From Candidatus Heimdallarchaeota archaeon (GTDB lineage Archaea > Asgardarchaeota > Heimdallarchaeia > Heimdallarchaeales > Heimdallarchaeaceae): a DNA stretch of 64,000 nucleotides. Below the pieces are notes generated by a model that had not been told where the DNA came from, searched no databases, and saw only the letters and a list, made by a program, of their open reading frames with translations. Shown in pieces: positions 29,067 through 38,154 of the stretch; the first letter of the stretch is position 1; each line of letters begins with the position of its first letter. The position numbers were made by a program, and so were the translations under genes. Where the stretch lies: assembly GCA_018238545.1 (NCBI GenBank), contig JABCTC010000002.1, positions 78,423-142,422 of the forward strand, written 5' to 3'.

Positions 29067-30257
29067 TTACTTAGCTGACATAATTTCTTTTAGATTCTCT
29101 AATAGAATTCTTATCTCTTCTTTGGAATTATATAAGTGTGTAGAAATCCTGACTAAGTCATTATACTTCTGTTCATACATAAACAGATGGGAACATAGGG
29201 CACCGCTTCTGGAAGTGATATTATTCGTATCTTCTAAAATCATCGCTACATCATGAGCTTCGAATTTGTCACTTCCAAATGAAATGATAGGACCATATTC
29301 TGCTCCATCAACTTCCATTAAGGTTATGTTCGGAATGTTTTGTAGTTCCTTCCTAAGTAACAAATTAAGTTGTTTTTCATGAGTTTGAATTTTCTCTAAA
29401 CCTATATTAGACAAAACTTTCAAACTGTTGGATAAAGCTACTATCCCAGCAACATTGATAATACCTGGTTCAAATTTTGCATCAGATCTTTCTAAAACGT
29501 AAAGGTATTCTTCTAAAGCTATAATAGAACCCCCACCAACGAGCAAAGGATCCATGCGTTTATACATCTCAGGATTGGTGATATGAAAGGCGGTACCTTG
29601 TGGACCTAGAGCACCTATACAACCAGATGATATAACTAAATCTGGTAAATTCGCAGAGAAATCAATAATTTCATGTCCTATAGTTTGGCTTATATCCAAG
29701 AATAATAAAGCCCCCAAATCTTTGCACAATTTACTTATTCCTACCCAGTCTCTCTTTACACCATTTGTGACTGCTAATGAGGAAAGCAAGACAATATCTC
29801 CTTCTCTTTCAATTTTCTCTTGTATAGATTGAAAGAGATTAGTTTCTTCCTCAATTGTTAAATAATTGATTTTAGTGCCAAATGTATTATGAACTCTTAT
29901 CGCAGGAGCAAGTATGGAATGTTCTTCCAACATGCTTGAAATTATCTTTCTCTCTTTCATTTTATCTAAAGAAAATAAAGCATTTGTCAGAGCGATTTCT
30001 CTGGTAGGAAAGAAGGAAACGTTTGATTCAGAAGAATTGAAAAAGTTCCTAATCTCATTTCGGGATACTTCAATTACCTTGGGAGCTGCAGAAGCTTCTT
30101 GACTCATGCTTCGAACAGCTGCTCCATTTACCTCTTTATAGTATGAAATCATCTTGTTCAAAGAAGTGACAGGCATCTTTCCCATTGTTGCAGAATCGAG
30201 GTAAATTTTACCCTCAGGTATTGTAAACTCTTCACCAAACCTTGTGATATGTGACAT
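29067..30257 (-). CDS. SufS-like class V aminotransferase homologue lacking the PLP lysine
   Basis: YLDSAT, EEHS, DISQ, GGGSI, FEPG, RSGALCSH; SGHK site reads SSGCIGALGPQG. Confidence 0.85.
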   Translation of the reverse strand: MSHITRFGEEFTIPEGKIYLDSATMGKMPVTSLNKMISYYKEVNGAAVRSMSQEASAAPKVIEVSRNEIRNFFNSSESNVSFFPTREIALTNALFSLDKMKERKIISSMLEEHSILAPAIRVHNTFGTKINYLTIEEETNLFQSIQEKIEREGDIVLLSSLAVTNGVKRDWVGISKLCKDLGALLFLDISQTIGHEIIDFSANLPDLVISSGCIGALGPQGTAFHITNPEMYKRMDPLLVGGGSIIALEEYLYVLERSDAKFEPGIINVAGIVALSNSLKVLSNIGLEKIQTHEKQLNLLLRKELQNIPNITLMEVDGAEYGPIISFGSDKFEAHDVAMILEDTNNITSRSGALCSHLFMYEQKYNDLVRISTHLYNSKEEIRILLENLKEIMSAK

Positions 30258-30340
30258 TAAAAAGAGGAACTTACTAACTATATTAAAAGATTTTGAGAAA
30301 ATATCTTCAAAAGCATAACATTTGTATAGTTAGAGGCATA

Positions 30341-30412
30341 TTCTTGCTTAGGAATGATCGAAAGGCATTTGATTTAGCAAATTTGCTATGAAATCAAGAA
30401 GCTAAGTGACCT
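30341..30412 (+). ncRNA. Candidate structured RNA or operator between the SufS-like genes
   Basis: TGCTTAG/CTAAGTG closing stem, GAAA-tetraloop hairpin, perfect 14-bp palindrome TAGCAAATTTGCTA (30375-30388), T-rich tail. Confidence 0.4.
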
Positions 30413-30433
30413 AAATTTTAATTTCATTTTTCT

Positions 30434-31624
30434 TTAAATTTCTTCCATTATGTTTTTTATTGTGTCAATAAATGTCTTTATCTGCTCTTCAGTGTTATAA
30501 ATATGGGTAGATAATTGTACTAGTGAATTCTGCCCAATTTCTTCCATAAACAGATGTGAACATAAAGCTCCACTTCGAACAAAAACATTCTGAATATCTT
30601 CTAGGATTATTGCAATATCATGAGAATCAACAGATTCACTTCTGAAAGAGAGAATAGGACCATTTTCAATGCCATCTAGATTAACTAATTCGATGTTTTG
30701 GATGTTCTCCAACCCCTCAACAAGTTGTCTTCTTAGTTTCTTTTCATGATTTTTAATCAATTCTAATCCAATATCATTGAGAAGTTGTAAACTTTTTGAT
30801 AACCCTACAACAGCTGCTATATTAATAGTTCCTGTTTCGAATTTATTGTTCCAATTACTGAGTTTGTAATTACTTTTGCTCAAAGAAATGATGGAACCAC
30901 CACCAACTAACAATGGTTTCATTTCATCATTAATTTCCTCTGATACAAATTGAAATGCTATACTTTGTGGTCCTAGTGCACCACTAGTACTTGATGATAG
31001 TACAACATCAGGCATGACTCTGCTAAAATCCATGCTCTCATGTCCAACAAGGTAACTCATGTCCATAATAGTTCGAATATTGTTATCTTTACAAAATTTA
31101 GAGATACTTTCCCAATTGCGTTTTATACCCATACCTAGAGTTAAAGCTGAAAATAGGAAAATAGATGAATCTTTTGAAATTCTTTCTTGAAGCGCGTCTA
31201 GAAGACTTTGTTCGTCATTCATCGATAAATAATTAATATTAGATCCAGTAAGTTCCTTGAATTTTATAGCTGGACCAATAATTGAATGATCTTCCAAAAC
31301 ACTCATGATTAAGTTGCTCTCTTTATTTGAAGAAATAGAAAATAAAGAGTTAAGTACTGCAGTTTCCCGTGAGGGTAAGAAAGATAGTTGTTTTGGACTA
31401 ATTTTGAAAATTTGTGCTATATTTTCTCTTTCTGTTTCTAGAACCTTAGAAGTTTTTATTGCATATTTGTGAGTTCCTCTATTTACTCCTCCCCCCTCGG
31501 AGTTGTAGAAATCACATATTGCCTTCAAGGTTATTTTTGGCATTTTCCCTATGGTTGCAGAATCTAAATAGATTTCATCCTTAGGAATATCAAATTCATC
31601 TTGGATTCTAGAAGCTAAAGTCAT
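30434..31624 (-). CDS. Second SufS-like homologue lacking the PLP lysine
   Basis: YLDSAT, VNRG.H, EDHS, FETGT, RSGALCSH; SGHK site reads SSSTSGALGPQS; likely start ATG 31624. Confidence 0.85.
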   Translation of the reverse strand: MTLASRIQDEFDIPKDEIYLDSATIGKMPKITLKAICDFYNSEGGGVNRGTHKYAIKTSKVLETERENIAQIFKISPKQLSFLPSRETAVLNSLFSISSNKESNLIMSVLEDHSIIGPAIKFKELTGSNINYLSMNDEQSLLDALQERISKDSSIFLFSALTLGMGIKRNWESISKFCKDNNIRTIMDMSYLVGHESMDFSRVMPDVVLSSSTSGALGPQSIAFQFVSEEINDEMKPLLVGGGSIISLSKSNYKLSNWNNKFETGTINIAAVVGLSKSLQLLNDIGLELIKNHEKKLRRQLVEGLENIQNIELVNLDGIENGPILSFRSESVDSHDIAIILEDIQNVFVRSGALCSHLFMEEIGQNSLVQLSTHIYNTEEQIKTFIDTIKNIMEEI

Positions 31625-31709
31625 AAACAAATGCTGGAAGAGGTTTTCAGTTATTAACATTTGTTTTACACCACCATTTTTTTATATATTTTCTAAAAAT
31701 GTACATTAG

Positions 31710-32165
31710 ATGGCTATCAAAGCAGAGAAATATGAGAAAAATATTAGTGCATCTATCGAGAAGATAATTGCTAAATATTCAAATTTATTGCCTAATTTAT
31801 CCAAACATAAGGATAGCAAAATTAACAAAGACTTATGGGGAATAAGATCAGATTTAGAGTATTTAATTGTAGAAATGAAACATCTTCTCAAAAAAGATCT
31901 CATCGAAGAAAGATGGCAAAAGAATTTTTTGAATGAATTGAAGGGTACTGGGTCAAAAACCAAAGCAATTCCAATGCTTAATGAATATTCTAAAACAAAA
32001 ACAAGCCTAATTGCATTATTTACTAAAGATAAAGAGCAATGTTATAGATACTTATGGAAACTGAAAGAGACAATAACTGTTGTTCTAGCTGCTTTTCCAA
32101 CTGAGCGTTTTTCATGGAAGAATGGTAAATTGGTAAAAGAAAACGAAGAGATTTTCGAAATTTAA
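31710..32165 (+). CDS. Hypothetical all-helical protein
   Basis: 151-aa ORF with ATG, no recognised motif. Confidence 0.7.
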   Translation: MAIKAEKYEKNISASIEKIIAKYSNLLPNLSKHKDSKINKDLWGIRSDLEYLIVEMKHLLKKDLIEERWQKNFLNELKGTGSKTKAIPMLNEYSKTKTSLIALFTKDKEQCYRYLWKLKETITVVLAAFPTERFSWKNGKLVKENEEIFEI

Positions 32166-32219
32166 TAAGTCATTACATATATCATAAGTATAAAATACGT
32201 GAAAGAGTGTTTGATTATA

Positions 32220-32714
32220 ATGAGTATGAGTCCAACTAGAAAGGAATTTCCTGATGATAAAGATAACATCAGGGAAGCTATGAAACTAGAACGTTTCGTG
32301 TGTCCTACCAGAGAAATAAATTATCCCTGTGTGATTTGTAAAGAATGCAGGTTAATGGATTTGAAGCAATTTGCTTTGAAGAATGGATTCATCGAAAAAA
32401 CAAAAAATTCCAGTTTGATATCGCTTATATTGGAAATGCGGGATCCTTTTGATGATATGTTGTTAAAACGATTAACTCTATCTTTGGCAGATGCTACAGG
32501 GATTATTCAAAAAGAACCGGAGCCAGGTTTTTCTATTACTTTCTATTTATCTGACGCTTTACTTGAAAAAATAGAAGAAAAAGAGAAATTGGTGGAATTT
32601 ATTGCAGACTTTCAGCACAGATTTCTATCTGAAACCATTGCAGCAAGAAGCGCATTAAATAAATGGGAAAGAACGACTACTCAAAGACTAATCTGGGATA
32701 TGAGTATAAAATAA
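32220..32714 (+). CDS. Arp2/3 complex subunit 4 (ARPC4) homologue
   Basis: Colinear similarity to ARPC4: IREAMKLERF~LQAALCLENF; FIEKTKNSSLISL~LIEGSINSVRVSI; IIQKEPEPGFSITFYL~ILRRKPVEGYDISFLI; KEKLVEFIADF~KHKLVDFVIHF. Confidence 0.82.
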   Translation: MSMSPTRKEFPDDKDNIREAMKLERFVCPTREINYPCVICKECRLMDLKQFALKNGFIEKTKNSSLISLILEMRDPFDDMLLKRLTLSLADATGIIQKEPEPGFSITFYLSDALLEKIEEKEKLVEFIADFQHRFLSETIAARSALNKWERTTTQRLIWDMSIK

Positions 32715-32745
32715 AGAAATATCCTGAATCCATACCAGTACTGTG

Positions 32746-33888
32746 TCAAGATACACTTTTCCAATATATTCCCAATTTATCAGCATGGTTTTTTACATTG
32801 AACATTTCTGTTGTAGTGGGTCTTCTATTGATTTCCGGAAATTCTCCTCGAAGAATTTTATAGTCAGGATGATATTGAGCCATAATATTAATAAGAGGAT
32901 TGTTAAGATTAGCTGCAACCCAATCTAATATGGGAATTGAACAACATTCTGTATGATTTGGCATAACTAAGTGACGAATAATATATTCACCACTACCTCG
33001 TTCTTCTATCATTTTCATGTTTCTCTTTAACGCATCCCAGTATATTGGTGCTTTAGAATATTTATTAGCACATTCATTATTAGCATACTTCATATCCGGT
33101 AACCAGATGTCAAAAATATCCGCAATGAGTTTCATACTAACATCTGTAAGATACATGTTACTATTCCACAACATCGGTAGACTGACTTGTGTTTCTAAGA
33201 AAGATTCCAAAATAATATGCAAATTAGGTGTAGGTTCCCCACCTACGAAATTGATGTTTCTGGCATGCTGTTTTGCAAGAGAATAATATGTTTGTGCTAA
33301 ATCGATAGCATTTGTACTTCTTCCACGAAATCTCTCTATGTCGAATTCATGACTTATATCGAAATTTTGGCAAAATGAGCAAGTTATTGTGCAACCATAG
33401 AAAAAGATGGTTCCACTAGGAACAATGGGACTTTCTTCACCCATGTGAATGAAAGCTGAAGAAACATATGCATGATTATCTAATCCACATTTCCCAATCA
33501 ATCCTTCATTTCTGTTTATTTTACATTTATTCTCACAATATTCACAAGCTGAAAGTATATCCTTCAGAATATCTAGCTTTAGTTTTAAATAATTTTCCTT
33601 TTTTAATGTCTCAGGCTTAACTTTAGAAAACACCTCCTCTTCAATCTCAGCTAAAGGTAAATCCTGTTTAGTTTTTATCCATTCTTTGAACTTTGGATGA
33701 TAATGTTCATGGATTTTAAGCAGTTCTTCTCGATCAAGATTTTCTTTATAAGGCGTATGAAAGAGCCTTGCAAGTTTATATCGAGGTAAGCGTTTTTTCT
33801 CATATATCTCCCTATAATGACATAATCTATTTTTTAGCTCATGTTGCTGCCAAACAGTTTGTGAATCTCTTCTCAATAGATGTATCAT
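32746..33888 (-). CDS. PflX-like radical SAM protein
   Basis: CEYCENKC, HMGEE, SGTIFF.GCTITCSFCQN, NFVGGEPT, IRHLVMPNH, MAQYHP. Confidence 0.9.
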   Translation of the reverse strand: MIHLLRRDSQTVWQQHELKNRLCHYREIYEKKRLPRYKLARLFHTPYKENLDREELLKIHEHYHPKFKEWIKTKQDLPLAEIEEEVFSKVKPETLKKENYLKLKLDILKDILSACEYCENKCKINRNEGLIGKCGLDNHAYVSSAFIHMGEESPIVPSGTIFFYGCTITCSFCQNFDISHEFDIERFRGRSTNAIDLAQTYYSLAKQHARNINFVGGEPTPNLHIILESFLETQVSLPMLWNSNMYLTDVSMKLIADIFDIWLPDMKYANNECANKYSKAPIYWDALKRNMKMIEERGSGEYIIRHLVMPNHTECCSIPILDWVAANLNNPLINIMAQYHPDYKILRGEFPEINRRPTTTEMFNVKNHADKLGIYWKSVS

Positions 33889-33980
33889 TGATTAAATATA
33901 TAAATTAGCTTTGAAATATTTTTCGCTTTTCGAATATTCCCAAATATAATAAGTTTATAACTCAGATTTACCAATTAATC

Positions 33981-34564
33981 ATGCAAATGAGTTTAAGATG
34001 TAAGGTATGTAATGATACGATCAAAATTAAAGAACGAAAATTAGGTCTTGTAGATAGAAGATATTGTTCTGTCCGTTGTAGGATTATTGGTCTGAGAGTT
34101 CCCACGCTAGTATTAGGATTAGCTTTCATCGGTATCTATTTCGGAATATCATTGCCCTTCATTCATTCAGATAAAGATTTGTGGCCTATCTTTATTTTTA
34201 TGTTCCCGTTTATTATCGCTGGCTTAACTTTTCTGTGTGTTAGTGTAGCCGGTTTTGTTTCCAAAGCGAGAAAAAATCAAGAGTTAGCACAAAAATAATA
34301 TAATTGCATGTTTTGTGGTAACAATATTTCTGAAATTATTTCAAAGGGTGCTTGGTGTGTATGAAATGTGGAAACAAAACACCATTCTGTAATCTCTGTA
34401 ATAAGATTATCAATAAATATGAAGATATTACAATAATCAAACCTTGCGGTCAGGTTTTTCATCGAGATGAACTTTTGGACTGGACTGAAAAAAATAAAAA
34501 TTGCCCTAAATGTAAAGGAAAAATAAAGGAACTTTCATTTGATTTGAAAGACATAAAGAGTTGA
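33981..34564 (+). pseudogene. Disrupted Zn finger-2TM-Zn ribbon-RING gene
   Basis: After TAA 34296-34298 the same frame continues YNCMFCGNNISEIISKGA, then the -1 frame gives LVCMKCG..CNLC..PCGQVFH..W..CPKC. Confidence 0.7.
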
Positions 34565-34669
34565 CGCAGAATTTTATACCGACAATTAACCAATTGATAT
34601 ACTTATGTTTTGTACATCTTGGTAGTTTAAAAAAATTTAATAATGAAGGTCAAACTTTGTTTTGATTAT

Positions 34670-35701
34670 ATGTCACAATCTACTCTGCATGAGGCAGAAT
34701 ATTATGAAATACTTAACCAAGAGGATGTGAGTATTCAATGTCATCTTTGTCCTTTTGATTGTATAATCAACCAAGGAGAGAAAGGCAAATGTTTAGCAAG
34801 GAAGAATGTTGATGGGAAGCTATATTCTCTTAATTATGGCTTTATGGACTTGAAAATAGATATGATAGAAAAACAGCAGGTATTTCATTTCTTCCCAAAT
34901 TCAAGAGCACAGACATTCTCAACCTACAATTGTAATCTAGATTGTGATTATTGTTCAATGCCAGAAAAAGCACATCTTGATCCAGAAACCTACACAGGAA
35001 AAAAATTTGCTCCAGATCAGGCAATTATGTTTGGAATGGCATCTGGTTCGAAAATCATTAGCTTTGGTGAAGCTGAACCCTTTATCTCATTTGAATGGGT
35101 AAGAGATACTGCTAAGCTTGCTAAAGAAAGAGGATTGAAAGTACTAGTCAGAACCAACGGGTATTTCCATGAACAACCAGTAAGCGAAATGTTGGAATAT
35201 GTGGATGCTGTTACAATAGATATAAAAAATGTTAATGATGAAGGTTATGAACAAAGCTGTGGAGGAGGAAGTTTTGAACACATTAAAAAAATTGTCAAAA
35301 TTGTTTTTGATAGCGGTAAACTTCTGGAACTACACATGGTCATACATGAAGATTTGAACAATGATGTGGAAGCAGCTAGAAAATTAGCTGAATGGATAAA
35401 GGAAGAATTATCTGTTGAGGTACCTTTACATCTTTCAAGACTTATCCCCTCGCACAGAACAAAAAACTTCATTCCAACATCTAAAGAATTGCTTGAATCC
35501 TCGTATGCAGCAGCTAAGGAAACTGGCATTCAATATGTATATATTGATGGTATCCCCGACCACGATACACTTAACACTTATTGTCCAAATTGCAATGAGT
35601 TACTCATTAGTCGTACTTCATATGCTACAGAAGTGAGAAGAATTTCATTACAAGGTAACTGTAACAAATGTCAAACTAAAATAAACGTTGTTCTTTCTTG
35701 A
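34670..35701 (+). CDS. Divergent AmrS-like radical SAM enzyme
   Basis: CHLCPFDC, CNLDCDYC, TNGY, DIK, PLHLSR, TYCPNC..CNKC; start 34670 or 34643. Confidence 0.85.
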   Translation: MSQSTLHEAEYYEILNQEDVSIQCHLCPFDCIINQGEKGKCLARKNVDGKLYSLNYGFMDLKIDMIEKQQVFHFFPNSRAQTFSTYNCNLDCDYCSMPEKAHLDPETYTGKKFAPDQAIMFGMASGSKIISFGEAEPFISFEWVRDTAKLAKERGLKVLVRTNGYFHEQPVSEMLEYVDAVTIDIKNVNDEGYEQSCGGGSFEHIKKIVKIVFDSGKLLELHMVIHEDLNNDVEAARKLAEWIKEELSVEVPLHLSRLIPSHRTKNFIPTSKELLESSYAAAKETGIQYVYIDGIPDHDTLNTYCPNCNELLISRTSYATEVRRISLQGNCNKCQTKINVVLS

Positions 35702-35716
35702 AGAAACAATGAATTT

Positions 35717-36046
35717 TCATGTTATATTACTAATGTTAAAATCAATAATCGTGACATTTAATTGACCTGTTAGCGTTTCTGTAACAAGATCTATAAACCG
35801 GTGAATATCTTCTGTACCATCACGATAAGAAGCTCTAAATCTCAAACTTATTTCAACCCAATCTGGGTTAAAAAACTGGGTTTCCATAGCGGGTTGTCGT
35901 TTTGGTTCTTTTTCTGCAAGCTCTTTTTCAGCTAAGTTAACATACATATCAAATTCATTAAAATCTTCATACTGTTCTTCGTCATTAGGTTGAGCTATGA
36001 TGTCGCAATGATAGAAATAGAAACCCGAGGTTGTCATTTGAAACAC
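35717..36046 (-). CDS. Hypothetical acidic protein, likely co-transcribed with lonB
   Basis: Starts 8 bp after lonB stop; no motif recognised. Confidence 0.65.
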   Translation of the reverse strand: MFQMTTSGFYFYHCDIIAQPNDEEQYEDFNEFDMYVNLAEKELAEKEPKRQPAMETQFFNPDWVEISLRFRASYRDGTEDIHRFIDLVTETLTGQLNVTIIDFNISNIT

Positions 36047-36053
36047 CTTATGG

Positions 36054-38003
36054 TTATTTCTTAGTCTTCTTTTTATTATTCTTACCCTTAGTTTCTTGAG
36101 CTACTTCTTCATATTTGTCAGCAACATAATGATACTTTTTTGGTAATGAAGCTCTAAGGACTTCTAGAAGATTTGAGACTGGAATGATTTCAACCTTATT
36201 TTTGTACTCTTCCTCAATTTTGACATCATCTTTGTTCTGATAAGGGATAATTACACGCTTAATACCAGCATCTACTGCTGCTTCAATTTTAGCTGTAACT
36301 CCACCAATAGGTAGAACTACTCCCCTTACTGTTAAGCTGCCAGTCATTGCAGTATCTTGTCTGATCGGAGCATTTTCCAATGCTGATAATATTGCTATTG
36401 CTATAGAAATTGAGGCTGAATCCCCTTCAACTCCCGCATATGCTCCAACGAATTGTATATGGTAGTCATAATCAGAAATGTCCTCTCCTACGTATTTTTT
36501 GACAATTGCTGATACATTTTGAACAGCTTCTCGGGCAATAATCCTTAATTGACCAGTTGCGATAATTTTCCCTTCTCTTCGACTAAAAGCAGGAACGACT
36601 TCAGCTTCAATGGGCATAACAATTCCAGATCTTTGATTGATAACTGCAAGTCCATTAACTCTACCTACTTTGGTTAATTCAGTATTAAATATCTTATACA
36701 ATTTTCTATCTTCAGCATAAGAATCACTTATTTGATTTTCAAGTGTGCGAGCAAGTTTCTTTGCCATTCCTACTGTTTCAGCTGAAACAAGGTTTTCGTT
36801 TTTTTCCTTGGCAAGATCACCTGCAGCACGAATTAAACCACCCAATTCTCGTAATCTGAGAGTTAGCTGACCTTTTCTGTCAGCTCTTCTTTGAGCTTCA
36901 TAAATGATTTCTTCTACAGCATCTTTAGAGAAGTGAGGAATTTTACGATCTTTAACGATTTCTTGGGCACAAAAACGGGCAAGTTTCCGTCTATTCTCAA
37001 GAGAATCATCCATTACATCCCTCATGTAGACTTCATATCCTGCACCTTGAATTCGGGAACGAAGAGCAGGATGCATGTTTCTGGTAGTTTCTATATTACC
37101 AGCTGCAATAAGAACAAATCTGCAAGGTACAGGGTCGGAGCGAACCATAGCACCACTACTGAGTTCAGATTGACCAGTGATCTGCAATTTACCCTCTTGC
37201 ATAGCTGTTAGTAATTTTTGTTGTGTTCTCATTTCAAGAGTACCAATTTCATCACAATAAAGAACACCCAAATGAGATTTGTGAATCAACCCACTTTCGA
37301 CTCTCTCGTGTGGAGGTGTTCCAAGTCCTCCTGATTGGAAAGGATCATGCCTAACATCTCCTAATAATCCTCCAGCATGAGACCCTGTTGCATCGTTAAA
37401 CGGCGCCCTTTCTTTTTTCGAATTATCTACTAACAGTTTTGGAATCAACATTTCATTTCTTGATCTTGATTGGTTAAGCATAAAGAAAATAAAGAATCCT
37501 ACGAACATAGCAATTAATAATGTAACTGGTTGGCTGCTGGGATTACTAGCGGTTGCAATCAGCGCATAACCTATAATTGCAAAGAGGATTGCTAAAGATA
37601 TGATGAAGCGTTTATTACCGCTTTTCTTAGCAACTTCCGCATCCATTTCAACCTTTCTAGCTCCATGTCCCTTAGGTAGTGTTGCAATTCGAGGTTGGTT
37701 AGGATATTTTGGGTTTGCTATACATAGAACATCAACTAATTCTTCATTTGGCAATAATTCAGCCATAGCCACTCCTAACATACTTTTTCCAGTACCAGGC
37801 TCTCCAATAAGAAGAACGTGTCTACGTTGCAATGCTGCCTTCTTTATGAGTTCAGTTGCATTTTCTTGACCAATTACTTGATCAATTAATCTGGGTGGAA
37901 CAGATATTTCACTTGTATCGTGAAAATCGATGTCCAATAGAGTATCTCTTTTTATTTTAGACTTCTTAGAAACACCTTTGGATTTAGCGCCCATATCCAT
38001 CAC
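36054..38003 (-). CDS. lonB: Archaeal membrane-anchored Lon protease
   Basis: GEPGTGKS, 2-TM insert, GDVRHDPFQSGGLGTP, EGDSAS, PIGGVTAKIEAA. Confidence 0.97.
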   Translation of the reverse strand: MMDMGAKSKGVSKKSKIKRDTLLDIDFHDTSEISVPPRLIDQVIGQENATELIKKAALQRRHVLLIGEPGTGKSMLGVAMAELLPNEELVDVLCIANPKYPNQPRIATLPKGHGARKVEMDAEVAKKSGNKRFIISLAILFAIIGYALIATASNPSSQPVTLLIAMFVGFFIFFMLNQSRSRNEMLIPKLLVDNSKKERAPFNDATGSHAGGLLGDVRHDPFQSGGLGTPPHERVESGLIHKSHLGVLYCDEIGTLEMRTQQKLLTAMQEGKLQITGQSELSSGAMVRSDPVPCRFVLIAAGNIETTRNMHPALRSRIQGAGYEVYMRDVMDDSLENRRKLARFCAQEIVKDRKIPHFSKDAVEEIIYEAQRRADRKGQLTLRLRELGGLIRAAGDLAKEKNENLVSAETVGMAKKLARTLENQISDSYAEDRKLYKIFNTELTKVGRVNGLAVINQRSGIVMPIEAEVVPAFSRREGKIIATGQLRIIAREAVQNVSAIVKKYVGEDISDYDYHIQFVGAYAGVEGDSASISIAIAILSALENAPIRQDTAMTGSLTVRGVVLPIGGVTAKIEAAVDAGIKRVIIPYQNKDDVKIEEEYKNKVEIIPVSNLLEVLRASLPKKYHYVADKYEEVAQETKGKNNKKKTKK

Positions 38004-38154
38004 AAGAAAATATTCTAACTTTCAATAACTATGATGTTACAGCTTTAATAAATATATGTTTCTATTCAATTTGCTTGATTCGTAAACCGTACTGAAAGAG
38101 GTTGAATGGACAAAAATTTTAAAGTCTTTTGATTTAGTTTAACACAGACATCAA

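Noticed and set aside
30350-30400. SECIS element, hammerhead or known riboswitch
   Set aside because: ATGA/GA spacing does not fit SECIS, no in-frame TGA in the neighbours, no CTGATGA core or recognisable riboswitch consensus.
34296-34364. Programmed readthrough or frameshift in the RING gene
   Set aside because: The stop is TAA and there is no slippery heptamer at the shift; decay or sequencing error is simpler.
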